This document shows positions 12,054-21,700 of a stretch of 64,000 bases of DNA, in pieces. Source of the DNA: an uncultured Gemmataceae bacterium (GTDB lineage: Bacteria > Planctomycetota > Planctomycetia > Gemmatales > Gemmataceae); the NCBI GenBank assembly GCA_963750165.1, contig CAVVPN010000004.1, positions 992,001 through 1,056,000 of the forward strand, in the 5' to 3' direction. Within the stretch, counting starts at the first letter, position 1, and each line of letters begins with the position of its first letter. Below the pieces are notes generated by a model that was given only the letters and a program-made list of their open reading frames with translations, was not told where the DNA came from and did no database searches. A program made the position numbers and the translations under genes.

Positions 12054-13417
12054 ATGCGCAGGTGCTCCCTCGTGCTGTCCATACTGGGCCTGCTCGCCCT
12101 GGGGGCGCCGGATCGGCCCGCGCAGGCGCAGACCCCCGGCTCGGAACTCGTCTACTCCAAACTACGTCAGTTTGTAATCCCCTTCACGATCGGACCCGGC
12201 AAGGACCGCCTCAAGGAACTGCGGCTCTTCGTGTCTACCGATCAGGGCAAGAGCTGGCAGTACGCCGCCGCCGCCGGGCCGGAGCAGGGCAGGTTCCAGT
12301 ACATCTCCGACCGTGACGGCCAGCTCTGGTTCGTCGTGCAGACCATCGACAAGGACAACCGCCCTTACCCGGCCACCATGGACGGCATCTTGCCGCACCA
12401 GCGCGTCATCGTCGATACGCAGCCGCCGGTGGTCACGTTGAAGCAACTGCCGCCGCGGGACGGTCTGGTCGGCGTCACCTGGACCATCCAGGACGCCAAC
12501 TATGACCCCGGTGCGCCGGACACGTTCCGCCTGGAGTTCCATCCCGTGGGCGGCATCGGCTGGACGCCGATTGTGCCGCGCGGCCTGGGCAACCAGGTGT
12601 ACTGGAACCCCGATACGACCAGCCCCATTGAGGTGCGGCTGCGCGCCGCGACCGCGCCGGCAACGAGGGCAGCAGCACGCTCAAGATCACGCCCGGCGAG
12701 AATAACCCCGGTAACTTCCAGGGCAGCCCGATGGAGAAGGATCCCGGCCCCCCACCGGTCGCGAGCCACCCGAAGGAGCGCCGGCTGCTGAACAGCACCA
12801 CCATCAACCTCAATTTTGAGATCAAGGACAAGGGCCCGTCCGGGATTTCGTCCATCGAATTGTGGTTCACACAGGACGGCCGCAGCTGGAACAAGTATCC
12901 GCTGCCGCCGCCGCAGGACGGCAGTGAAATCAAGTCGCCGTTGACGTTCAAGGTCAGCAACGAGGGCCTGTACGGCTTCACGCTGGTGGCCAAGAGCGGT
13001 GTCGGCCTGGGCGAACGGCCGCCGCAGGTCGGCGACAAGCCGCAGGTCTGGGTCGAGGTCGATCTGACCAAACCGGTGGTCGCGATCCAGAATTTCATCG
13101 TCGGCCAGGGCAAGGACCAGGGCAAGCTGTTCATCCAGTGGCGGGCAACCGACAAGAACCTGGGGGCCGCGCCGATCACGCTGTTCTACGCGGAAAAACT
13201 GGATGGGCTGTGGCAGCCGATCACCGAGAAGAAGCTGCCCAACACCGGCCAGTATGTCTGGCAGATGCCGGAAGGCTTGCCGTACCAGTTCTACCTCAAG
13301 GTCGAGGCGGTGGACCGGGCCGGCAACGTCGGCACGGCGGTGACGCCGAACCTGGTGCGCGTGGACCTGAAGTTACCGAAGGTCAACATCAAGTCCGTGG
13401 AGCCGGGGGGGCGCTAA
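12054..13417 (+). CDS. Secreted beta-rich hypothetical protein, apparent frameshift near 12645
   Basis: Signal peptide; two similar modules (STDQGKSW, FTQDGRSW) and a C-terminal VEAVDRAGNVG, spread across two frames. Confidence 0.7.
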
Positions 13418-13651
13418 TCCTTGACTCCCCTCGCCCGCTTCAGCCGCCACTCAATTGCTGCCTTTGGTCTACGCCGCGGTAGAATGGACCAGGGTTGGCA
13501 TGATGGAGGCCGCCAAGGATGAGTTGTTCGGGACGACGATCCTTTAACCCCTCACCCCGATCCCGCTCCCCCTGAAAGGGCGAGGAGAGTCAACTCCCCG
13601 ACGCCAGACGTCCCGTTGTCTCTGCGCGCCGCCGCCCGATACAATGCGGAC

Positions 13652-14494
13652 ATGACACACGGCCCCAACGACCTGCTCCGCATCCATGATCTGCCCGCCC
13701 TCGAACGCGCCACCCTGGTCCTGGCCTTCAGCGGCTGGATGGACGGCGGCGACGTTTCGACCGGCACCGTCCGCCGCCTCGTCGATCTGCTCGGCGCCCA
13801 GCGCATCGCCGACATCGATCCCGAGCCGTTCTACCTGCTCAACTTCCCTGGCTCGATGGAGATCGCCGCCCTGTTTCGACCCGAGATCAAGATCGAGGAC
13901 GGCCTGATCGCCTCGTTCGAGATGCCGGAGAACGTCTTCTACTGCCACGCCGCAGCGAACCTGGTGCTGTTCCTCGGCCGCGAGCCGAATCTGCACTGGC
14001 GCGCCTTCGGCGACTGTGTGCTGGAGCTGGCGCGGCGGGCGAACGTGCGGCGCGTGCTGTTCGTCGGCTCCTTCGGCGGCCCGCTGCCGCACACGCGCGA
14101 ACCGCGCCTGCACGTCACCTGCTCCGACGCCGCGCTGTTGCCCGAAATGGCGCAGTACGGCCTGCGCCGCACCGGCTACGAGGGCCCTGGCTCGTTCTCC
14201 AGCTACCTGATGACGCGGGCGCCGGCGGCCGGCCTGGAGATGGCGTCGCTGGCCGCGGAAATTCCCGGTTATTTGCAGGGCCGCAACCCCGTGTGCATCG
14301 AGGCCGTCACGCGCCGCCTGGCCAAAATCCTCAAGCTGCCGCTGGAACTGGGCGAGTTGCGGGCCGAGAGCACCGAATGGGAAATCCAGGTGTCGAAGGC
14401 GGTGGAGGAGAACGCGGAGATGGCCAGGACGGTGCGCCGTCTGGAAGAGGACTACGACGAGGAACTGATCCAGATGGAAGAGGAAGACGGGTGA
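13652..14494 (+). CDS. PAC2 (proteasome assembly chaperone-like) family protein
   Basis: LAFSGWMDGG, GREPNLHW, PHTRE, YEGP, RRLEEDYD. Confidence 0.85.
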   Translation: MTHGPNDLLRIHDLPALERATLVLAFSGWMDGGDVSTGTVRRLVDLLGAQRIADIDPEPFYLLNFPGSMEIAALFRPEIKIEDGLIASFEMPENVFYCHAAANLVLFLGREPNLHWRAFGDCVLELARRANVRRVLFVGSFGGPLPHTREPRLHVTCSDAALLPEMAQYGLRRTGYEGPGSFSSYLMTRAPAAGLEMASLAAEIPGYLQGRNPVCIEAVTRRLAKILKLPLELGELRAESTEWEIQVSKAVEENAEMARTVRRLEEDYDEELIQMEEEDG

Positions 14495-14589
14495 AAGCGG
14501 CGTTCCGTTTATTTGAAGAAAATCCGGCTCCTCCCCGCGTCTGCGGGAACTATACCGACAGAGAGCCAGTTCCACCTGACAGCTACCGC

Positions 14590-16557
14590 GTGAGGCCAGG
14601 GGCCGTGTCCCGTTCCATCTCGCAATTGATTCGCCGCGTCGTCGCCGACGAGTGCGTGCGACAACTGCCCGACCAGGTGCTGCTCCAGCAGTTCCGCGAA
14701 CGACGGGATGAGGCGGCATTCGGGACGCTGCTCCACCGGCACGGGCCGATGGTCCTGGGCGTTTGCCGCAGCGTGCTGCGGAACGAGGCCGACGCGGAAG
14801 ACGCCTTCCAGGCCACATATCTCATCCTCGCCCGCAAGGCGGCGTCCATTCGCAAGACGGCATCGCTGGGCAGCTGGCTGCACGGCGTCGCCCACCGCAC
14901 GGCTCTCAAGGCGCGGGCCAGGTCGGCCACGCGGGAACAACACGAGGCCCAGGCGCCGGGGCGGCCCGCGTCCCTCCCGGACGACCTGGCCTGGCGGGAA
15001 GTCCAGCAGGCCCTGCATGAGGAACTGAACGCCATCGCCGAGCAGTATCGCGATCCCCTGGTGGCGTGTTACCTTGAGGGCAAAACCCAGGACGAGGCCG
15101 CGACGCAGCTCGGGGTGGCGAAGTCCACGTTGAAAGACCGGCTGGAGCGCGGCCGGTCGCTGCTGCGGACGCGGCTGGTGCGGCGCGGCCTGGGGCCATC
15201 GGCGCTCCTGGCCGCCGCGGTCCTGCCCGCGGCCGCCACCGCCGTGCCCGCGCCGCTGGCATCGAGCACGCTCAACGCCGCCCAGCTGTTTGCGCGTGGG
15301 CAGGTGGCAACAACGGTCGCCTCGGCAAAGGTCGCGGCCTTGACGGAAGGAGTGCTGAAGACGATGTTGCTGACCAAACTGAAGTTCGCCACCGTGGTGC
15401 TGGTCGGGCTGGCGCTCCTGGCGGGCGGGGCCAGCCTGGCGTTGCTCGCCGCGCCCGCCAGCGAACCGCCGACCGCGGTCATCCCGAGTCGCCCGCCAGA
15501 CCCGCAACCGGAGCAGGACAAACCTGCTCCCGCGCGGACACTGCACCTGCCCGACAAGCCGTATCACTATGCCGGCCTCGACTTGCCCGCCCACTTCCAG
15601 AACGAGTTCGTGCGGCGCTTCGATAACACGCCGGACAACAACCCCGTGACCGATCACGGAGCGACGCTCGGCCGGGTGCTCTTTTATGACAGGCGCCTGT
15701 CAGCGAACCACACGGTTTCCTGCGGCTCCTGTCACGTGCAGAAAAACGCCTTCGTCGATCCGAACCGCTTCAGCAAGGGGTTTGAAGGCAAATTGACCGA
15801 CCGTCATGCGATGAGCCTGGTCAACCTCCGTTACGTCCCGCGCGGCCGGTTCTTCTGGGATGAGCGGGCCGGGAGCCTGGAAGAAGCCGTGCTGTTGCCG
15901 ATCCAGAACAAGGTGGAGATGGGGCAGGATTTGACCCGGTTAGTCGAGGTGCTTGGCAAGGACGCCAAGTACGCCGAACTGTTCGGCAAGGCGTTCGGTG
16001 ACGGCAAGGTCACCCAGGAGCGGATCGGCAAGGCCCTGGCGCAGTTCGTGCGCTCGATGGTCTCGTACCGGTCGAAGTTCGACGAGGGGTTGGCGAAGGT
16101 GACCTCTGCGCGCGACGACTTCCCCAACTTCACCGTTCAGGAGAACCGGGGCAAGGCGCTCTTCATGAGCAACTGCGCCATTTGCCATCTGCCGGGCCCG
16201 GACGTGAACTTCTTGATGATTGGTCCCGCGAACAACGGGCTGGATGCGGACCACAAGAACACCGATGGCGGCGTTGGTGACATCACCCTCAACGGCCGCG
16301 ACATCGGCCGGTTCAAGTCGCCGTCCCTGCGGAACGTCGAGCACACTGCCCCCTACATGCACGACGGACGGTTCGCCACCCTCGACAAGGTGATCGACCA
16401 CTACGGCAAGGGGGTCCAACCCCACCCCAACCTCGATCCGCGGATGCGCCGGCTGAATTTCACGGATTCCGAGAAGGCCGCGCTCATCACCTTCCTGCGG
16501 ACGCTGACCGACCACAGGTTCCTCACCGATCCGAAGCTCTCGGACCCGTGGCGCTAA
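14590..16557 (+). CDS. ECF sigma-70 factor fused, via a TM helix, to a di-heme cytochrome c peroxidase/MauG-family domain
   Basis: Region 2 (DAEDAFQATYLIL, SWLHGVA), region 4 (EGKTQDEAA..LG..STLKDRLERGR), TM, then LGRVLFYD..LS..SCGSCH, FFWDERA, CAICH, FKSPSLRN..TAPYMHDG. One continuous frame; start approximate. Confidence 0.85.
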   Translation: MRPGAVSRSISQLIRRVVADECVRQLPDQVLLQQFRERRDEAAFGTLLHRHGPMVLGVCRSVLRNEADAEDAFQATYLILARKAASIRKTASLGSWLHGVAHRTALKARARSATREQHEAQAPGRPASLPDDLAWREVQQALHEELNAIAEQYRDPLVACYLEGKTQDEAATQLGVAKSTLKDRLERGRSLLRTRLVRRGLGPSALLAAAVLPAAATAVPAPLASSTLNAAQLFARGQVATTVASAKVAALTEGVLKTMLLTKLKFATVVLVGLALLAGGASLALLAAPASEPPTAVIPSRPPDPQPEQDKPAPARTLHLPDKPYHYAGLDLPAHFQNEFVRRFDNTPDNNPVTDHGATLGRVLFYDRRLSANHTVSCGSCHVQKNAFVDPNRFSKGFEGKLTDRHAMSLVNLRYVPRGRFFWDERAGSLEEAVLLPIQNKVEMGQDLTRLVEVLGKDAKYAELFGKAFGDGKVTQERIGKALAQFVRSMVSYRSKFDEGLAKVTSARDDFPNFTVQENRGKALFMSNCAICHLPGPDVNFLMIGPANNGLDADHKNTDGGVGDITLNGRDIGRFKSPSLRNVEHTAPYMHDGRFATLDKVIDHYGKGVQPHPNLDPRMRRLNFTDSEKAALITFLRTLTDHRFLTDPKLSDPWR

Positions 16558-16590
16558 ACACGTTCTCTCTTACTGCAAAGGAAAACACTC

Positions 16591-17271
16591 ATGCACAGCT
16601 TCATCAAACGGTGGCTCGCGCCGGCCCTGTTCGCGGGGTTCGTCCTTGCCGGCCCGAGCCTGGCGCAGCCGCCCGGCCAGAAGAAAGGATTCTCGCAGGG
16701 GCCTGCGCAACCGGCCCGCATCAGTGTGGAAGATGTCATCGAGCGGATCATGGCGTTCGACAAGAACAAGGACGGCAAGGTCACCCGGGACGAGTTGCCC
16801 GAACGGATGCACCACCTGATCAAGCTGGGCGACACCAACAAGGACGGCGCCCTCGACCGGAGCGAGATCAGGACGTTGGCGACCAAACTGGCGGCCGCTC
16901 CCGAAGGGTTTGGCGGCGGCCCTGTCCGGATCGGGGTTGGTCCCGGTCCCGGATCTGGTGCTCGCGGCGGGTTCGCCGTCAGCGGCGCGATCCGGTTCGG
17001 TCCTGATGCCGTCGAGGGGGTCGTGGACGATCTGAAGCTTTCGGGCAAGAAAAAGGACCAGGCGCTGGCAGCGGTCAAGGCACACCAGGAGCACGTCCGC
17101 AAGCTGATGGACCAGGCCCGTGCGGACTTGCTGCAGAAGATGAAGGGCATCCTGAGCGCGGAGGAATTCAAGGATTTCGCGGCGGCCCTGGATCGTCCCC
17201 GCGGTGTGACTGCGTTCGGCGTGGGGCCCCGCGTGGAAGTGAAAAAGAAGCGCGATCAACCGCGGAAGTAA
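16591..17271 (+). CDS. Secreted EF-hand protein
   Basis: Signal peptide; DKNKDGKVTRDE and DTNKDGALDRSE EF-hand loops. Confidence 0.8.
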   Translation: MHSFIKRWLAPALFAGFVLAGPSLAQPPGQKKGFSQGPAQPARISVEDVIERIMAFDKNKDGKVTRDELPERMHHLIKLGDTNKDGALDRSEIRTLATKLAAAPEGFGGGPVRIGVGPGPGSGARGGFAVSGAIRFGPDAVEGVVDDLKLSGKKKDQALAAVKAHQEHVRKLMDQARADLLQKMKGILSAEEFKDFAAALDRPRGVTAFGVGPRVEVKKKRDQPRK

Positions 17272-17325
17272 CCGGCATCGCTGCCGCGGGCGGCTTGTGC
17301 GGAATCGCCCTGGCCATTCGTGGTG

Positions 17326-17359
17326 GGTCGGAGCCCGAGCGCCAGCGCGGGCTCCGACC
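17326..17359. repeat. REP-like palindrome (family A, internally shortened)
   Basis: ggtcggagcccgagcgccagcgcgggctccgacc; shares the flank ttcgtggt with the 7435 copy (opposite strand). Confidence 0.7.
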
Positions 17360-17423
17360 AGAGACAAGAACGATCAAGGCGACTCGGTAGCTGCGGCTTG
17401 TCGCAGAGGGATGGCCGGATTGC

Positions 17424-18590
17424 TTACTCCAACGGCTCTTCGCGCCCGGTCGTCAGCCGGTGGATGATCCCCGCAACCGCCCCGAGCCGCTTGCTGCCCT
17501 GCGCCCGCACGATCGCGCAGTCCGCCAGCGCCGGCGCCAGCGCCCGCTGCCGCGTCAGCTCCAGCAGCCGGGCGAACGCCTCCGGGACCGCGTCCAGGCA
17601 GCGGCCGTACAGAAATAGCTTGCTCGGGTTGAAAACGTTGATGACTGCCGCCAGGCCCACCGCCAAATATTGCAGCACCCGCTCCAGCTCCGCCGTCACC
17701 GTCAGCCGGGCCGCCTGCGCCTCGGCGATCAATTCGTCCATGCCGAGTTTGCGGCCCAGCCGCTCCGCCACCGCGGCCAGCAGCGCCGAGTCGGTCGCCA
17801 CCGTTTCCAGACAGCCGCGGTTGCCGCAGCCGCAGCGTTTGCCGTCCAGCTCCACGGTCAGGTGCCCCAGTTCGCCCGCCAACCCGCGGTGCCCCTTCAG
17901 CAAATGACCGCCCTGTACCACGCCCAGGCCCAGGCCCTCGCTCACGTCCAGCATGGCGAAGTCCTTGACGCCTTGAGCGGCGCCGTACATCTGCTCCGCC
18001 AGGCACAACGCCTGCGACTCCTGCAACACCACGGTCTCCAGCCCCAGCCGCTTGCCCAGGTCCGCGCCCAGGCAGCGGCCGTCCGTCTGGTGGACGTTCG
18101 GCGACACGACCGTGCGCTTCTCGCGGTGGTCGAGCAGACCGGGTACACTGAGTCCCAGGCCCAGCACCGGCGTGGCGCTGGCATCCAGGAAGCGCTGCGC
18201 CTGCCGCACGAACGTCCGCACCAGGTCGGCGTAACGCGGCGGCGTCGGAAAGGACCAGGCTTGCTCCGGTAGCACGCGGCCGTCCAGAGCCGCCACCACC
18301 AGTTCGCAGCGCACAGCGCCGACCACGCCGCCCAGCACCGCCGCCGTCGCGGCCAGCCGCAACACCTTGCCCGGCCGGCCCAGCGCCGCCCGCACCGCGT
18401 CGCCCTCCTCCAGCAGACCGCTCGCCATCAGCGACGAGACGGTGCGCGTGACGGTCGGGCCGCTGATGCCTGTGTGCCGTGTCAGTTCGGCGCGCGACAG
18501 CGGGCCGCGGTGCTGGATGGCGGTCAGAATGGCGCGTTCGTTCAGGTGCCGCAACAGCGCCGGCCGGGCACGGGTCCGCAGGGGGGCCAT
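17424..18590 (-). CDS. ROK-family transcriptional repressor
   Basis: N-terminal HTH (LSRAELTRHTGISGPTV); GELGH..CGCGNRGCLE Zn motif. Confidence 0.9.
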   Translation of the reverse strand: MAPLRTRARPALLRHLNERAILTAIQHRGPLSRAELTRHTGISGPTVTRTVSSLMASGLLEEGDAVRAALGRPGKVLRLAATAAVLGGVVGAVRCELVVAALDGRVLPEQAWSFPTPPRYADLVRTFVRQAQRFLDASATPVLGLGLSVPGLLDHREKRTVVSPNVHQTDGRCLGADLGKRLGLETVVLQESQALCLAEQMYGAAQGVKDFAMLDVSEGLGLGVVQGGHLLKGHRGLAGELGHLTVELDGKRCGCGNRGCLETVATDSALLAAVAERLGRKLGMDELIAEAQAARLTVTAELERVLQYLAVGLAAVINVFNPSKLFLYGRCLDAVPEAFARLLELTRQRALAPALADCAIVRAQGSKRLGAVAGIIHRLTTGREEPLE

Positions 18591-18639
18591 AAGGTTCCTC
18601 ACGGGGCGAAGGAAAAACACTCGTCCCCCGATTTTATCA

Positions 18640-18687
18640 TTGACACGCGACCCGTCCAGCTTTACTTATTTAATAACTGAAAAGAAT
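18640..18687 (+). promoter_or_regulatory. Putative promoter and ROK operator between divergent genes
   Basis: TTGACA at 18640, followed by the AT-rich palindrome TTATT-T-AATAA (18666-18676). No clear -10 box. Confidence 0.4.
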
Positions 18688-18719
18688 TCCCCCGGTCGCC
18701 CCCAGGAGATGGAATCGCC

Positions 18720-21700
18720 ATGACGTGCTGGCACCGGCCCGCGGGCCTCCTCGCCGCTCTGATCCTCGCCGCCCTTGTCAACAGCCTGGCGGCCCAGGCG
18801 CCACAGGCGCCGCAGCCGCAGCAACCGGGCAAGTTGAAAGTCCTGCTCCTCGGCGACACCGGCCACCACCGGCCCGCGGTGTTCGCCAAAATCCTGACGG
18901 CGGCGCTGGCGAAGCAGGGCATCGACATCGATTACACCGCCGACGTGGCCGACCTGACGCGCGCCCGGCTGGCGAAGTACGACGCCCTGGCGATCTTCCG
19001 CGACAGCGGCAATTTGCCCGCCACCAACGAGGCAGCGCTGCTGGAGTTCATCGAAGGCGGCAAAGGGCTGGTGGCGATCCACTGCGCCTCGCACTGCTTC
19101 CGCAACAGCGACCGCTACACGGCCCTGGTCGGCGGCCGTTTCAAGTCGCACAAAACGGGCGTTTTTCGCACGCGCATCCTCGACGCCCAGCATCCGGCCA
19201 TGCTGGGCGTGAAGACCTTCGAGAGCTGGGACGAGACGTACCTTCACGATCAGGTGGCGAAGGACATCCGCGTGCTGATGGTGCGTGAGGAACTGGGCGG
19301 CTACGAGCCCTACACCTGGGTGCGCGACCAGGGCAAGGGCCGCGTGTTTTACACGGCGCTGGGCCACGACGAACGCACCTGGAAGGTGCCCGGTTTCCAG
19401 GCGCTGCTCGCCCGGGGGCTGCGCTGGGCAGCCGGCCACGCCATGCAAAAGAAAGACCTCAAGCCGTTCGAGTACGTCGAGGCCAAAATCCCCATTTACC
19501 GGCCGAAGAAGGGCGCGAAGTCCGAAAAGCTGCTCATGCAACTGCCGCTGGAGCCGGCCGAGTCGATGAAGCACTTCCATCTGCCCGAGGGCTTCGAGAT
19601 TCAGCTGTACGCCGCTGAGCCGGACATCGCCCGGCCGATTGCGATGGCCTGGGATGAAAAAGGTCGATTGTGGATCGCGGAAAGCGTCGATTACCCCAAC
19701 GAGCGCAAGCCGGCCGGCGCCGGCCGCGACCGCATCAAGATTTGCGAGGACACGAAGGGCACCGGCCGCGCCGACAAGTTCACCGTCTTCGCGGACAAGC
19801 TCAGCATCCCCACAAGTCTGGTGTTCGCCGAGGGTGGAGTCATCGTCACGCAGGCGCCGCACACGCTGTTCCTGAAGTCCACGAAGGGGGACGACAAGGC
19901 GGACGAGCGCAAGATTTTGTTCAGCGGCTGGGGCACCTACGACACGCACGCCGGGCCGAGCAATCTGCGCCGCGGCCTGGACAACTGGATCTGGGGGACG
20001 GTCGGCTACTCCGGCTTCAACGGCACCATCGGCGGCCGCAGGTACAACTTCAAGCAGGGCGTCTACCGCTTCAAGCCGGACGGCTCGGCGTTCGAGTTCC
20101 TGACCTCGACCACGAACAACACCTGGGGCCTGGGCCTGGCCGAGACGGGCGAGGTATTCGCGTCCACGGCCAACGGCATGCACAGCGTTCACCTGGGGCT
20201 GCCCAATCGCGTCTTCGAGGGCGTGGGCGGCTGGTTCGGCAAGGGCAGCGGCCCCATCGCGGATCACCGGCGCATCCACCCGGTCACGGACAAGGTGCGG
20301 CAGGTGGATTTCCACGGCGGCTTCACCGCCGCGGCCGGCCACGCCGTCTACACTGCCCGCAGTTTCCCGCGCGACTTCTGGGACCGCGCCGCCTTTGTGT
20401 GCGAGCCGACCGGCCATCTCGTCCATGTCAACCGTCTGGTGCCGCAGGGCAGCGGTTGGGTGGCGCGCGACGGCTACAGCATTCTGGCCAGCGATGATGA
20501 GTGGACCGCGCCGATCATGGCCGAGATCGGGCCGGACGGGGCGCTGTGGGTGATCGACTGGTACAACTACATCGTCCAGCACAACCCGACGCCGCCCGGC
20601 TTCAAGACCGGCAAGGGCAACGCCTACGACACGCCCCTGCGCGACAAGACGCACGGCCGCATTTACCGCATCGTCTACACCGGCGCCGGGGCGAAGAAGT
20701 CCACGCAGCCAAAGCTGGACGCCGCGGACCCCAGGGGACTGATCGACGCATTGGCACATGAGAATCTGTTCTGGCGCCAGACCGCCCAGCGGCTGCTCGT
20801 CGAACGCGGCAAGGACGACGTGCTGCCAGCGCTGGCGAAGCTGGTACGGGACGAGCGCAAGGACGCCGGGGCCACGCACGCGCTGTGGGCCATGCACGGC
20901 CTGCGGGCGTTCCAGGACGCCAAAAAAAGTCCGTGGGTGGCGGTGGCGCACGCCGCGCTGAAGCACCCGGAACCGGCGGCGCGGCGGGCGGCGCTCGGCG
21001 TGCTGCCGCGGCATCCCGATTCCGTGGTCGCCATTGCGAACGCGAACATTTTGCAGGACAGTCAGGCGGGCGTGCGGCGTGAGGCGCTGATCGCGCTGAG
21101 CGAGATGCCCGAGTCGAAGGCAGCGGCGCCGGCGCTGGCGGCGCTGCTGCTGGAGTCGCGCAATGCCAACGACCGCTGGATTCCGCAGGCCGCCACCGCC
21201 GCCGCCGCCCGCAGCCCGCTGGCGTTCCTGCAGGCAGCGGCCGCGACCAAGAAATCTGCAACTGGCGACGCCGCACTGGTGGAAGCGGTGCGGGTGGTCG
21301 CCGGCCATCTGGCCCGGCAGGCGCCCGCCGATGCCGCTCCGTTGCTGGCGGCGTTGGCCGCGGCGCCGCCGGCCGTGGCCGACGCCATGCTGACCGGCCT
21401 CGCCAACGGCTGGCCCGCCGGCAAAACTGTCAAGCTCGAAACCGACGCCGCCGCGGCGCTGGGCAAGCTGCCGGCCACGCTATCGTCGAACGGCCTGGTG
21501 CGGCTGACCGCGCTGGTCAAGCGCTGGGGCCAGCAGGACAAGTTGACGAACCTGTCGGCCGGGCTCAAGGGCGGCCTGCTGGCGAAGGTGGCCGACGAGA
21601 AACTGGCCGATGACGACCGCGCCGCCGCGGCCTGCGACCTGATCGGCATGGCCGACGACGCCGCCAGCGCCGCGAAAATTCTGGAGCAGATCAACGCCCA

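Noticed and set aside
13547..13590. ccctcaccccgatcccgctccccctgaaagggcgaggagag repeat-like hairpin
   Set aside because: A single degenerate copy in the window, which is not enough to call an element.
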